In this document: positions 10,756 through 21,168 of the stretch, piece after piece
How the letters are laid out: each line of letters begins with the position of its first letter
How positions within the stretch are numbered: the first letter of the stretch is position 1
Assembly (NCBI RefSeq): GCF_007744255.1
Contig: NZ_CP036267.1
Span: forward strand, 1,985,500-2,049,499
Length of the DNA: 64,000 nt
Direction: 5' to 3'
Origin: Thalassoglobus polymorphus
GTDB lineage: Bacteria; Planctomycetota; Planctomycetia; Planctomycetales; Planctomycetaceae
Program-made: the position numbers and the translations under genes
Notes under the pieces: generated by a model
Seen by the model: only the letters and a program-made list of their open reading frames with translations
What the model was told of the DNA's origin: nothing
The model's database searches: none

Positions 10756-11340
10756 TTACTTTTTCACACCTTCACAATCAATCATGATCAGTGCCTTGTC
10801 GCCGATTGGCCCAATTGCTCTCTTATCGAAACCGTAGTCGCTGCGCTTGAGCGCTAATTCGGTTGAGAATGCAACGCGTTTTGTTCCCTTGAAGTCATGT
10901 TCTTTACCACCCATTAAAACGAGTGTGATTTCTTGAGTCTTTCCGTGCATCGTAAAATCACCCGTCACTTCGTATCCACCCTCGATCTTTTTTGTTTTGG
11001 TGCTTTTGAATGTGATTGTGGGAAACTGCTTTGTATCAAAGTAGTCGGGTTGTCTGAGGTGTTCGTCGCGAGCTTTATTGGCGGTGTCGATGCTGTCAGC
11101 TTTGATTGTTAATTCGAACGTAGACTTGGATGGCTGCTCGCGATCAAGAGAAAACTTGCCGGAGACGTCGTTGAATCGACCATGGATCCAACTGATGTCG
11201 AGATGTCGTGCCTTGAAGCTGACTGAAGAGTGAACCAGGTCGTACTCGTATTCGTCAGCCGCTGTGGCAGTCGCGCTGAGAGCACAAGTCAGCACACCAA
11301 GCATGAGTGTCTGAACGGAGGTTGAAAATAATAGTCGCAT
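10756..11340 (-). CDS. YceI-family periplasmic polyisoprenoid-binding protein
   Basis: Signal peptide plus the YceI-like motif SSVSFKARHLDISWIHGRFNDVSGKF. Length 194 aa is typical for the family. Confidence 0.8.
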   Translation of the reverse strand: MRLLFSTSVQTLMLGVLTCALSATATAADEYEYDLVHSSVSFKARHLDISWIHGRFNDVSGKFSLDREQPSKSTFELTIKADSIDTANKARDEHLRQPDYFDTKQFPTITFKSTKTKKIEGGYEVTGDFTMHGKTQEITLVLMGGKEHDFKGTKRVAFSTELALKRSDYGFDKRAIGPIGDKALIMIDCEGVKK

Positions 11341-11632
11341 GAGATTGTCCTTTCGGAAAAGAATCCGGAAAACTGAATTTGCACGTTACATCAACAGGTG
11401 GGTCGCCATCGTATGAGTAGGCCCGTCGTGAGTAAAGGAAGTTAGCCATTGCTGGGGCGAGACAAAAGCGGCGTGTTAAATGATCGAGACATCGAGAGAG
11501 AATTCCAACGAACCTCTTCAATCTGCTCTTATAAAGACGACAGATCGTGCATATAACGTACGCTTTGAGGTACGTCAAAGAATGCATGAATTCTCCGACC
11601 TCATCGCCTACCATGAAGTTTGAAATTCCTCA

Positions 11633-13141
11633 ATGGACCAAAATGGACCAATCATGAAATCCGTCGCTTGTCTACTACTCGTTTTCTTTGCGTTGAACTC
11701 CCCTGCTCCGGCTCAAGAACAAACAGCGCAGTTGCAACCACTTCTCCGCGTCGTGGATTTAAATCTGAAGGAAGCAGTCGATGTGAAGCTTTGCGATGGC
11801 TCGCAGGCACATGTCAAAGTCCTTGAACTGAAAGAGGCTCGCGATAATGTTTGCTTTGCAGTACGTCGCGCAGAGGTTGTTGTGGAAGTGAACGGTGAGC
11901 GGGCGACACTCGTCTCGGCAACCTACAACCTTCCGATCACCGTTGGCGGTGTGCAAATCGATTGTTCAGTCACGAAGGGGTACAACTCCAACGGGCGGTC
12001 AAGTTCGTGGGGACTGGAAAAGGATGTCCGATTACGATTGTGGCCAGCGGAGTCTCCACTCATCAAACCAGGGACCTTTATGTATCCGGTCAAACAGAAA
12101 TGGTTTGCCACGGATACACAGATGGCCAATGTCCCGGTCTTTGTGGATGGTGGCGACCAACCGGGGGAGCGCACCATCTACTACCATAGTGGTCTCGACA
12201 TCGGCGGAAGTGAAGGATTGGTGGAAGTTATCGCAGCCACCGACGGGCTGGTTGTCTCCGTGGGCGATCTGGTTCTCGAAGGACATAAGCAGAACACTCC
12301 AGTTTCTCCCCGTTACGATGTCGTTTACCTTCTCGATTCCAGAGGCTGGTATTATCGGTACAGCCACTTGAAGGAGATTGACGAGAACCTGCTGCCGGGT
12401 CGGCGGATTCAAATGGGTGACCGGATTGGATTATTGGGGAAAGAAGGCGGAAGCGGTGGCTGGTCTCATTTGCACTTTGAAATCAAATCTCGACAACCAT
12501 CGGGCCAGTGGGGAACTCAGGAAGGCTATGCGTTTCTCTGGAATGCATACGTCGAACAATATCAACCCGAACTGATCGCTGTCGCCCGTCCGCATCATTC
12601 TGTCTGGGCTGGCGATTCCGTAGTGCTCGATGCATCAAAATCATGGAGTCGATCGCACGATATCGAAAAGTTTGAGTGGACATTTCATGATGGCTCAACA
12701 GGAGCGGGGGCGAGTCTGAAGAGAACGTATCCGAAACCGGGGCGCTACAGCGAAATCGTGAAAGTCACCGACTCAGCGGGGAACGTCGGTTATGACATTG
12801 CCCCGGTCGTCGTCGCTGACCCAGACCATCCTGATCGGAAGACCCCGTCGATTCATCCAAACTACTACCCAAGCATGGGAGTCAAACCGGGTGATGATAT
12901 CACTTTCAAAGTCCGGACGTTCAACACGACTCATGGAAAAGAAGTCTGGGACTTCGGTGACGGAAGCCCGGAAGTCACTGTTCAGTCAGATGGTAACGCC
13001 GTGAAACTCTCACCCAATGGTTATGCGACGACGACTCATCAGTACGACAAACCAGGAGATTACATCGTGCGAGTTGAACGGCTGAATGAATATGGAGTCC
13101 CTGCTATCGGGCATTTGCATATTCATGTCGAAAAGGAATAA
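11633..13141 (+). CDS. secreted M23 family metallopeptidase with C-terminal PKD-like domains
   Basis: HSGLDIGG ... GDRIGLLGKEGGSGGWSHLHFEI matches the HxxxD / HxH zinc motifs of LytM/M23. C-terminal PKD-like segments such as KFEWTFHDGSTGAG. Signal peptide present; the start could instead be Met at 11654. Confidence 0.8.
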   Translation: MDQNGPIMKSVACLLLVFFALNSPAPAQEQTAQLQPLLRVVDLNLKEAVDVKLCDGSQAHVKVLELKEARDNVCFAVRRAEVVVEVNGERATLVSATYNLPITVGGVQIDCSVTKGYNSNGRSSSWGLEKDVRLRLWPAESPLIKPGTFMYPVKQKWFATDTQMANVPVFVDGGDQPGERTIYYHSGLDIGGSEGLVEVIAATDGLVVSVGDLVLEGHKQNTPVSPRYDVVYLLDSRGWYYRYSHLKEIDENLLPGRRIQMGDRIGLLGKEGGSGGWSHLHFEIKSRQPSGQWGTQEGYAFLWNAYVEQYQPELIAVARPHHSVWAGDSVVLDASKSWSRSHDIEKFEWTFHDGSTGAGASLKRTYPKPGRYSEIVKVTDSAGNVGYDIAPVVVADPDHPDRKTPSIHPNYYPSMGVKPGDDITFKVRTFNTTHGKEVWDFGDGSPEVTVQSDGNAVKLSPNGYATTTHQYDKPGDYIVRVERLNEYGVPAIGHLHIHVEKE

Positions 13142-13240
13142 ATTGATGCGTGTGCTGCTTTGATGGCACTGCTACTCAATTCAATCAAAAGCAATGACAT
13201 CTCTTAATGATCGATCCTTCAATTTGAAAACGAATCCATA

Positions 13241-14572
13241 ATGAGAATCACGACGCACATTTTGTTTGCCGGATTATCTTGCTTCTTCGTTTCTCTAGAC
13301 TTGGTGGCCGGCGAACCTGATCAAACCAAGGTGAGCAGTCCGTTTACCTGGCAAGAGAAGTCGATCGAGTATGCTCGCATCATGTCTCGTGTGAAGTGGA
13401 CACCGGTTGCTGATGGCATGCCTAAGCGAGGCGGTCATTTCACAGCTGGGAAGGAATACTCAGGAGTCCCCTACTCGAGCGTCAAGCACGTCGGTCGATA
13501 CATCGGCTTCGATATTTTTCTGAAGACATTCCTCGCTGCCGTTGAGAATCCAGAGAGCGTTCTTTACACGGAAAATCTTTACGGCAAGGTGTCGAACGCG
13601 GAATGCTATTACGGCAAAGTCTGCTCCTCCTACACAAGCTATGCCCTGCAATGTGGCATCTGGTATGTCAGTAAAATTCATGGCCCTCAGTTTCGCGATG
13701 GTGTGACGATTGTTGAACCGCAAACAGCTCAAGCTGCAAGTCCCGGCGATGTCATCTATACGCCACCGAAGAAAAAGAATGGTGGTTCTCATGTTGAATT
13801 GGTGACGGAAGTGGTCCGCAATGAAGCTGGCAAGGTGACGCATGTCCGTGTCGAAGAGAGTCGACCGCAAACCACCAGCAACACATTGCGTAGTTCAAAA
13901 GCGTTTAATGCGCATCTCGCTGCCAGAAATCGAGAGCTCTACCGCATCACAGACCTCGACGCCTGGCGCGGTGGCAACAAGGCTGAGTCATTTCTTTTCC
14001 CAAATTACGAGGAAGATTCAGCGACGCCAAAGATCAACCGTGTGTTATTGCTCGATCGCGGCGACTGGGTCCCCTACTTCAAAGGGCAGGCCGTGAAGTT
14101 TAATGTTATGGATCGCGATAAGCAGGGAGTTGTCGCATTGGTCATTAAACGCGGTGACGAAGTGGTTGAAGAGATCGCGAATCCGGGTAAGGGTGTTGTC
14201 GAACGTTCCTTCGACATTTGTGGAGATTACACGGCTCATTGCGTGCTTCAGGATGGATCGCTGAGCCAGGCGTGCGAGTTCGCAGTCTGCGAACTCGACT
14301 TTAAGCTTCCAGCTCCCGAGGTTTCGCGAGGAACGCCTTTGGAACTCGAACTTACGTCCGACAATATGAATGCGATTATTGTCTACTTCAAGAATTCGAG
14401 TGATGGTGCTGACGAACACAACGTGTTCATCACTGAGGAGGATCGCAAGGCTGGAAAGGTGACCATTCCAGCGAGCATCATGCAGAATGCGAACAAGATG
14501 CAAGTCTGGTTGATCGGCGAAAACCGTTACGGGCGACTGAAGCAACGTCAGTTGATCAATGTGGTCGATTGA
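13241..14572 (+). CDS. secreted hypothetical protein
   Basis: Signal peptide and a 443-aa ORF with no confidently recognised domain. A Cys..His pattern (KVCSSYTSY ... GGSHVELV) loosely resembles a papain-like NlpC/CHAP fold. Confidence 0.5.
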   Translation: MRITTHILFAGLSCFFVSLDLVAGEPDQTKVSSPFTWQEKSIEYARIMSRVKWTPVADGMPKRGGHFTAGKEYSGVPYSSVKHVGRYIGFDIFLKTFLAAVENPESVLYTENLYGKVSNAECYYGKVCSSYTSYALQCGIWYVSKIHGPQFRDGVTIVEPQTAQAASPGDVIYTPPKKKNGGSHVELVTEVVRNEAGKVTHVRVEESRPQTTSNTLRSSKAFNAHLAARNRELYRITDLDAWRGGNKAESFLFPNYEEDSATPKINRVLLLDRGDWVPYFKGQAVKFNVMDRDKQGVVALVIKRGDEVVEEIANPGKGVVERSFDICGDYTAHCVLQDGSLSQACEFAVCELDFKLPAPEVSRGTPLELELTSDNMNAIIVYFKNSSDGADEHNVFITEEDRKAGKVTIPASIMQNANKMQVWLIGENRYGRLKQRQLINVVD

Positions 14573-14869
14573 ATGTCAGCAAGTGTTGCCCCAGAAATCC
14601 CACATTCAAGCAAGCAGTGTCATCTGCTCCCGGCTCGTCGTTCTCACGAACTTCGGGATGACGGTGCGTGATTTGATTCTAAGATGACAGAAAAGGGATC
14701 GGAGGGGATCAGAGAATCAGTGGGTGAGAGGTCGTAATAGATCAACGAACCGGCCTCAGCCATGTTCATTTCAATTTCGGCCCGGTCGGCAGTTCTGGTG
14801 CATTTTTTATCTGGAATTTGGCAAGATCGCAACACGAATTGGATCGTTGTTTGGTGAAAGCTGAATGAG

Positions 14870-16132
14870 ATGTTTACCCCAATGAAAATTCACGACTTCG
14901 ACTTAACTTCACAAGACTTCAAACGCGATCCACGTCCGACTCTGAAAGCGATGCGAGAGGTTGGAACTGTTTTCAAAGTCAAGATGGACCTGATCGGGGA
15001 AGTCTGGGTGACGACAACTTATGAAGCAGCGCTCAGGGTGTTACGAAGCAAGGATGAATTCGTTGTCCAGCCGGACAACGCTGGTCGCAAGAAGATGGCT
15101 GGCCTGAAGTGGTGGATGCCGAGTTCTCTCAAACGTGTTGCCGTCAACATGCTGACAAAAGACGAACCGGATCACCGTCGACTGCGGCAACTGGTGGAGT
15201 CGGCATTCATGCAGCAAAGTATTGATGCCCTGCGTCCAAGGATCGCTGAACTTGTCGATAAACATCTCGATGGGCTTCAAGAACAAGCAGACATTAATAA
15301 TGGGGTCGTCGATTTCATTGAGGATTTTGCGCGCCCATTTCCTCTCGATGTGATTGGTGAACTGTTGGGGCTACCACAAGAAGATCGGCTGAAGTTTCAT
15401 AAATGGGGCACGATGATGACCCAGTTCAGCAACCTGAAGAATCCGTTAAATATCCTCACGGGGTTGCGTGGTGTCTCAAAGATCAATTCGTACCTGCAAA
15501 AACTGATCGATCAATATCGCGTGAACCCACAGCCCGGCATGATTTCAGCACTCATCGAAGCCGAAGCTGAGGGGCATCAATTAGATAAGGATGAGTTGCT
15601 TTCGTCGGTGTTTCTACTCCTGCTTGCAGGGCATGAAACAACCGTGCATCTACTGACCGTCGGTTTGTATTCACTCTTTGAACATCCGCAGCAAAAACAG
15701 GCATGGACGAACGATTGGTCAAAATCATTGACTGCTGTCGATGAGCTGTTGCGTTTCAACTCAACTGTCGAAACGACTAAGCCGCGTTATGCCGCGAAGG
15801 ACTTGGACTTCTTCGGACAACATTTAAAGCGTGGCGAAGTCATCATGCCGCTACTCATGGCAGCAAATCATGATCCCGCCAAGTTCGATGATCCAGACGA
15901 CTTTAATCTCGACCGCAACCCGAATCCGCATGTTGCCTTCGGGACCGGAATGCACGTCTGCCTGGGACAGAAACTCGCTCACGCCGAAGCAGAGATTGCT
16001 TTCGAAAGACTCTTTACTCGCTTCCCGAATCTCGAGATCGCGATCAATCGTGATGAAATCGAATGGGTGAATCGCATCGGTGCGAGAGCCATTAAACAGT
16101 TGCCTGTGAAGTTGCTTGGAGAAACCGGATGA
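14870..16132 (+). CDS. cytochrome P450
   Basis: Haem-binding loop [14 protein letters not shown] (FxxGxHxCxG), I-helix [11 protein letters not shown], and an ExxR region. 420 aa. Confidence 0.95.
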   Translation: MFTPMKIHDFDLTSQDFKRDPRPTLKAMREVGTVFKVKMDLIGEVWVTTTYEAALRVLRSKDEFVVQPDNAGRKKMAGLKWWMPSSLKRVAVNMLTKDEPDHRRLRQLVESAFMQQSIDALRPRIAELVDKHLDGLQEQADINNGVVDFIEDFARPFPLDVIGELLGLPQEDRLKFHKWGTMMTQFSNLKNPLNILTGLRGVSKINSYLQKLIDQYRVNPQPGMISALIEAEAEGHQLDKDELLSSVFLLLLAGHETTVHLLTVGLYSLFEHPQQKQAWTNDWSKSLTAVDELLRFNSTVETTKPRYAAKDLDFFGQHLKRGEVIMPLLMAANHDPAKFDDPDDFNLDRNPNPHVAFGTGMHVCLGQKLAHAEAEIAFERLFTRFPNLEIAINRDEIEWVNRIGARAIKQLPVKLLGETG

Positions 16133-16238
16133 CAAAACACAGCTATCCCCGATCCCCGATCCGTGTGCAAGCTCTGTGCTTTGTGAGGATCTCGCCAGAC
16201 TTGCAACACGGTGGTCCATGATGGATCGGGAGTTTTGA

Positions 16239-16922
16239 CTACGCGGCTCTTGCATCATTCGCGTCCGTAGCAACTCCGTTGATCAGGCGAACTGTTCTTT
16301 TCGCGTAGGCTGCGGAGTCGCGGTCGTGGGTTACCATGACAATCGTGCGACCATCCTGATGGAACTCGGTCAGGTATTCCATCACCTGTTGACGGGTTTC
16401 CGAATCAAGATTGCCAGTCGGTTCGTCAGCCAGAATGATTTGTGGATCATTCGCCAAAGTACGAGCCATGGCAACACGCTGCTGCTGTCCCTGACTGAGT
16501 TCATTGGGTTTGTGATCGACCCGATCAGCCAACCCGACACGGTTGAGCATTTCCAGAGCACGCTGCCGTTGTTCATCAAGGGTTTTTCCCGACAGTAACA
16601 AGGGAACCTGCACATTTTCGCAAGCGGAGAGATACGGGATCAAGTTGAAGGCTTGAAACACGAATCCGATTTTCTTTCCTCGAACGGCAGTCCGTTCGTC
16701 TACCGAAAGGTCATACAGGGATTGTCCATCGAGTATGACTTGCCCCGAAGTAGGGGCCATCATCCCCCCCAGAACTGAGAGCATGGTTGTTTTTCCACTC
16801 CCGCTGGGGCCGACAATGGCAACAAAGTCATTGTCGGCAATCTCTAAGTTCGAGTGATCAAGAGCGGTCACGGTTTCATCGCGACGAGTGTAGGTCTTGG
16901 TGACCTCTTTCAGTTGATACAT
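16239..16922 (-). CDS. ABC transporter ATP-binding protein (MacB/LolD-like)
   Basis: Walker [10 protein letters not shown], signature [13 protein letters not shown], Walker [12 protein letters not shown]. Start chosen at [11 protein letters not shown], which is preceded by AAGGAG. The longer ORF start would overlap the permease gene. Confidence 0.9.
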   Translation of the reverse strand: MYQLKEVTKTYTRRDETVTALDHSNLEIADNDFVAIVGPSGSGKTTMLSVLGGMMAPTSGQVILDGQSLYDLSVDERTAVRGKKIGFVFQAFNLIPYLSACENVQVPLLLSGKTLDEQRQRALEMLNRVGLADRVDHKPNELSQGQQQRVAMARTLANDPQIILADEPTGNLDSETRQQVMEYLTEFHQDGRTIVMVTHDRDSAAYAKRTVRLINGVATDANDARAA

Positions 16923-16957
16923 GGAAGACTCCTTGGTCCAATGATCGGTTTGAGAAA

Positions 16958-18190
16958 TCAGGCGTCGTTGAACACGAGGCAAGGGTCGAGCCCCGCAGCT
17001 TTACGAGCGGGAAAGTAGCTGGCAAGTAAGGATACGACAGTTGCTGTTATCATACCGATAGCCAGTAACTGTGGCATTGGCTGAACAGCAATTCCAAGGA
17101 GTTGCGGGCCGAGGACGACTGCGACAATCGTCCCTGCCAAAAATCCGATGAATCCACCCGAGACACCAAGAAGAGTTGCCTTGCCGAGAAACAGTTGCGT
17201 CACAATCCGGCGCCCTGCTCCCAAAGCCATGAGTGTGCCAATTTCTTTGCGGCGTTCGGTGACATTCGCAAACATGACGCTGGCAATGCTCGCTCCTCCG
17301 ACAAGCAGCAGGATCGAAAAGAAGACCCAGGAGAGGCTCGACATCAATCCGTTGACGGCGACTTGCGTTTCCACAACTTGTGCAATGGTTACGATCCGGG
17401 TCTCGGGAAGGACAGCTGAGAGATCGCCAATCAGATCGCCCGCTGCTTCCTCACAGCACGCCATGATCTCGATGACATTGATGACTGGCCCGGCTCCGGA
17501 GAGATCCTGAACGGAATGTAAATGAGCGAACAGGCGACTGTCGTCGACCGTTCCTGTTTCAGGGAGTACTGCCAGGACCTGGAATTTTTCTCCCAGCAGG
17601 TTAAGTTGATCCCCCGTTTTCTTTCCGAGCTTCGTGGCAATATCTGAGCCGAGTATCACTTCTCGCTTCCCGAGAGTTTGAATGGTTCGTGTCGTTGCGA
17701 GATCTGCAGGGTTTTCGTCATCACCATTTCCGACTGAAGTCGGAGTGAGGCAGCATCCTCGACCGGAGCCGACAGGATTCGCCATCAGGTTAAGACCCTG
17801 CCAAGACGATTTCGCCTGAAATTCGGAACGGGGAAGAATTCCGGTGAGTGTGACCGGAGTGGAGTCTACCGTTTCCGCGACGCACAGTTTCGGAGCAAGG
17901 TTCTCAACTCCGGGCATTCGAGCGAGTGCCAACCTGGTGACGTACTCTTCGGGCATGGTTTGACCATGCATGTCGGCAGAATAGTAATCCTGTAGGGATG
18001 CACTGGTCGGTAGCACAAGCACATTTGCTCCCAGTGATTCCATGTCACCCGCAATTTTCTGTTCGGAAGAGACGGTAATACTTTGGATCGCAACGAGTGC
18101 TGCAACGCCGAGCGTCACTGTTAAAAGACTCGTCAGCATCGTCGTGGGACGTTGCCAGAGTTCCTTCCAGATGAGTGTTCGAAGTTTCAT
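16958..18190 (-). CDS. ABC transporter permease, FtsX/MacB/LolC-like
   Basis: N-terminal TM helix, a large periplasmic domain, then C-terminal four-helix FtsX-like region. Immediately upstream of the ATPase gene. Confidence 0.85.
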   Translation of the reverse strand: MKLRTLIWKELWQRPTTMLTSLLTVTLGVAALVAIQSITVSSEQKIAGDMESLGANVLVLPTSASLQDYYSADMHGQTMPEEYVTRLALARMPGVENLAPKLCVAETVDSTPVTLTGILPRSEFQAKSSWQGLNLMANPVGSGRGCCLTPTSVGNGDDENPADLATTRTIQTLGKREVILGSDIATKLGKKTGDQLNLLGEKFQVLAVLPETGTVDDSRLFAHLHSVQDLSGAGPVINVIEIMACCEEAAGDLIGDLSAVLPETRIVTIAQVVETQVAVNGLMSSLSWVFFSILLLVGGASIASVMFANVTERRKEIGTLMALGAGRRIVTQLFLGKATLLGVSGGFIGFLAGTIVAVVLGPQLLGIAVQPMPQLLAIGMITATVVSLLASYFPARKAAGLDPCLVFNDA

Positions 18191-18278
18191 GAAATCAAAT
18201 CCTGAGTGTTGAGTATTAAGTTAAGCACCGAAATCACAAAGACTGCAAAGAAGCGATTCCCCTGCTTGTGGAATCGAA

Positions 18279-19061
18279 TCAACGTCGCGGTGCTTGTTTT
18301 CCACTCGCGGACTTGTGGTGCTTGCAGTTTGTGTCGTCGCAGCACTGCCCGGCAGCAGCCAGTCTCTGAGCCAGAATGCTGTGTGTGACATTCTCGTTAT
18401 AAAGGCCGAGCATAATTCCAGGAGGGGCCATAAACGCCACAATGGAAGTTGGATGGTCGGTACGGACGCGGAGTTGCTGAAGGAAGCGAGCTTCCGCCGG
18501 ATCATTTGCTTTCACAGTGACTACTTGGGTGCGATCCTTGAACAAGGCGTCGTTTTGGAACTGAGTTACACCAGCTGGAACGGCCTTTTCCTCTTCTGGA
18601 TGAGCGCACAGCAGAACGATTTTCTGATCCTGAAGTGCTTTCAGGCATTCCGCTTGCGTGGGAGAAACAATTGCTGCAGTGAGATGCTGAGGCGTGACTC
18701 GCTGAGGAAACACGCTGGCGATCGCTCCGTTTGGGGCGAGAACTGCGACGGCGGGCATCGGAATTCGAGTTGCGTCAAACTGGTCGATCAATGCTTGTTC
18801 GCGATTGTCGCTAATTTGAACCGACACAATTGAAGCGTCCTTCCGATTCGCAAGTGTCGATTGAAGGACTTGCTGCATCGACTGAGTTGCCGAGTCCTTG
18901 CTGCGATAGAACAAAACGAAACTGAATTTTCCATTCTGGGCATTCGATTCAACTGCCTGCTGGCCCGCACTGAGTTCAGCAGCGGCAGCTTGATGGTTCA
19001 GAGGGAGTGCTCCAGCTATCAGCATGAATGCTAACGTGAGTGTTTGAGTATTCTTGGTCAT
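18279..19061 (-). CDS. secreted hypothetical protein, first gene of the ABC transporter operon
   Basis: Signal peptide (MTKNTQTLTLAFMLIAGALPLNHQAAAAE), 260 aa. The 88-bp gap to the permease gene suggests co-transcription. No recognisable domain. Confidence 0.5.
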   Translation of the reverse strand: MTKNTQTLTLAFMLIAGALPLNHQAAAAELSAGQQAVESNAQNGKFSFVLFYRSKDSATQSMQQVLQSTLANRKDASIVSVQISDNREQALIDQFDATRIPMPAVAVLAPNGAIASVFPQRVTPQHLTAAIVSPTQAECLKALQDQKIVLLCAHPEEEKAVPAGVTQFQNDALFKDRTQVVTVKANDPAEARFLQQLRVRTDHPTSIVAFMAPPGIMLGLYNENVTHSILAQRLAAAGQCCDDTNCKHHKSASGKQAPRR

Positions 19062-19411
19062 GGTTGAAATCCTTTACTATGTCGAATGTGAACCGAGACC
19101 GCATCAACCGACTCGGCAGATCGGAGTCTGCGACGCAGAGAACAATGGCTCGGAAGGGTCCGGTGAAAGTCGTGTAAAGTCTGGGAATAATGATTTCGGC
19201 AGCTGGAAGCGATTCAGCAGCGACCAGGTATTTCGAAGGACGCCAGGTGAGCTCGCTCAAATGAGCGTGGGCCAGTCCCTGCCATGGGAAGAAGAATGGT
19301 CTATAACACTATTGAGCATTTTGAACGCTTGTCGTGACGCTGGAAGTCACTTTCATGACTTCTCAAACTGCTCGCCACGAGGCAAAACGTATAGACCAAT
19401 TTTGGATGACT

Positions 19412-19894
19412 CTAGACCTGCCAAACCTGCTTGATAGCGTAGAGCGGTTCAGAAGTTGTTAATAAGAATTCATCCGGTTGCTCAAGTCGATTGCCGCCGA
19501 TCAGCACGTCAAGAAAGAACGAAGCTGGCAAAACCTCTTGGACGGTCGTTAGCAGATTGCTGGAAAGAGTATCTAAAGCGTCATCGGTTCGAGCTGCAAA
19601 CACAAAGTGACAGTTCACTTCATCACAAGGCTCTTTGGGGCTCTGATGACTCTCCTCACAGGTCGACGATAGAAGACTGCTTTCTTGTTCTGATGGGGAA
19701 ATCTCCGTTTCGTCACGCTCAGATTGACAGCAGGCACATTCGCAATCATCCAAAGTCGAGTCGACGCACGTTTTGCAGGGGAAGGCACCACAATTTACAT
19801 ATGGTGAACAGCATCCCAACAGCACATGAAAGATGGCTGCCGATATGGTCCAGAGAATGAGTAAGTTGTGGAACATGAAAACCGACGAACTCAA
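19412..19894 (-). CDS. small Cys-rich membrane-anchored hypothetical protein
   Basis: N-terminal hydrophobic helix followed by CC..C..C...CEC.CC motifs. ORF-level evidence only. Confidence 0.35.
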   Translation of the reverse strand: MSSSVFMFHNLLILWTISAAIFHVLLGCCSPYVNCGAFPCKTCVDSTLDDCECACCQSERDETEISPSEQESSLLSSTCEESHQSPKEPCDEVNCHFVFAARTDDALDTLSSNLLTTVQEVLPASFFLDVLIGGNRLEQPDEFLLTTSEPLYAIKQVWQV

Positions 19895-20482
19895 AAGTCT
19901 GGGTGAAAGTACTGATGCGGAAACAACGGTCCTTCCTATTTATCGGACATTGATCAGTGACTCTGGAGGAAATCCTACCGGGGTAGACGCCTCCCGATTG
20001 AGTCATCGATTACGATGAATCCGACTGAGTTCGTTTTCAATATGAATCGTTCCCGGAAAGGGTCCTTTTCCAATGTCATCGACTGCGTGCCACGAGACAG
20101 AACCTGAATCCAGCGTTGGGGTTGCTCTAATCTCAGGCGATCTGGGACGGAGGCTGAAAAGTAACCACGAAAAATCAACAGGTGTTCCCTTTTCGTATGT
20201 GAATCCAACGCTGTCGAATTGATCCTGACTCATCTTTGAGAGTGGCAACATCACGCGCCAGACAGTGACTTAAAGAGTATGTCGTCCTGAATACCGTGGT
20301 CAGACGTATTACTTATTGGTCACGATTTCGATAAGAAAAAAGACTTGGACCGCCACATTCACGATCAAGAAGCCAGTCAGCCAGTCAGAAGGTCCGAGCG
20401 AAGAGACGAAACTCGATTGAGCATCAACCGGTCAGAACGGGAAAAAGCTGAAAAGTGACCAACAGAGGTCACTTTGGCATTT

Positions 20483-20553
20483 TTCGAATTAGCGTTCGTG
20501 TTCCGCCTTGTTGCGAACAGCCATTTCGCAGGTGAAACGCATTCTTCACAGGC
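20483..20553 (+). repeat. Dispersed ~70-nt repeat, family 2, copy 2
   Basis: Aligns with 1839-1907 (TTCGAATTAGCGTTCGTGTTCCGCCTTGTTGCGAACAGCCATTT...GTGAAACGCATTCTTCACAGGCA). Lies 22 nt upstream of the family-1 repeat copy A. Confidence 0.6.
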
Positions 20554-20574
20554 ATATGGGAGAGCGAACTGCTT

Positions 20575-20653
20575 TAGAACTGGTCCTGAAACGTGAAATT
20601 GCTCTCTCGAATGTTGAGAAAAGTGTCTATCCCGATGGTTTTCGGACTGCTTT
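20575..20653 (+). repeat. Dispersed ~79-nt structured repeat, family 1, copy A
   Basis: TAGAACTGGTCCTGAAAC..GAAATTGCTCTCTCGAATGTTGAGAAAAG...GGACTGCTTT. Shares 70-80% identity with 39985-40063 and 44668-44746, all on the same strand. Confidence 0.7.
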
Positions 20654-20694
20654 AAACAAAAAAACACCTTGCAAGCAAAGCCTGCAAGGTGAGC

Positions 20695-20783
20695 GGAGAG
20701 AGCGGGATTCGAACCCGCGGTCCCCTTTGACAGGGACACATCATTAGCAATGATGCGCATTCGGCCACTCTGCCATCTCTCCT
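20695..20783 (-). tRNA. tRNA-Ser (GCU)
   Basis: Reverse complement is GGAGAGATGGCAGAGTGG...CATCA-TTGCTAA-TGATG...long variable arm GTCCCTGTCAAAGGGGAC...GCGGGTTCGAATCCCGCTCTCTCC. Cloverleaf with anticodon GCT, long extra arm, discriminator G. Confidence 0.9.
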
Positions 20784-21168
20784 TTTGGAGCCGACACAAA
20801 AGTGTGAGTGAGGCTCCGGGGACGAAAGATAGAAGTTCCTTCGCAGAGTTTCAAGATAGAGAGCGATTTCGCTTCAAGGATTTCTCTGAGAGCCCTCAAA
20901 CTCAGTCCATATTGACGGAATTTGCCGGTATCGAATATATCTCAGCTGGAAACATTGATGTTTCGGCCTCCAAACTCCTTGCTTGCAGTGACTTTAGAAT
21001 TCCTCATGTGACTGGTGAACTCCCAAAATCGCTGAAATTGCTGTCGTTGATTCAAATGATAGTCTGCGATTTTGTTGTTGTTCGATCAGATCAAGTCCTT
21101 TTGATGTTGGGGCTTGCTTGAGGAGTGAGTTGTCGACCTGGAATGGACTTTCGGACACAACATTAGAG

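Noticed and set aside
16923-16982. Longer start (16982) for the ABC ATPase gene
   Set aside because: It would overlap the permease gene by 25 nt and adds a non-conserved N-terminal extension. The internal Met at 16922 has an AAGGAG RBS and begins the canonical MxxLKxVxKxY ABC N-terminus.
20377-21121. ORFs 20377-20799 (-) and 20750-21121 (+) overlapping the tRNA-Ser locus
   Set aside because: They overlap a clear tRNA gene and the repeat elements. The translations are low complexity with no RBS.
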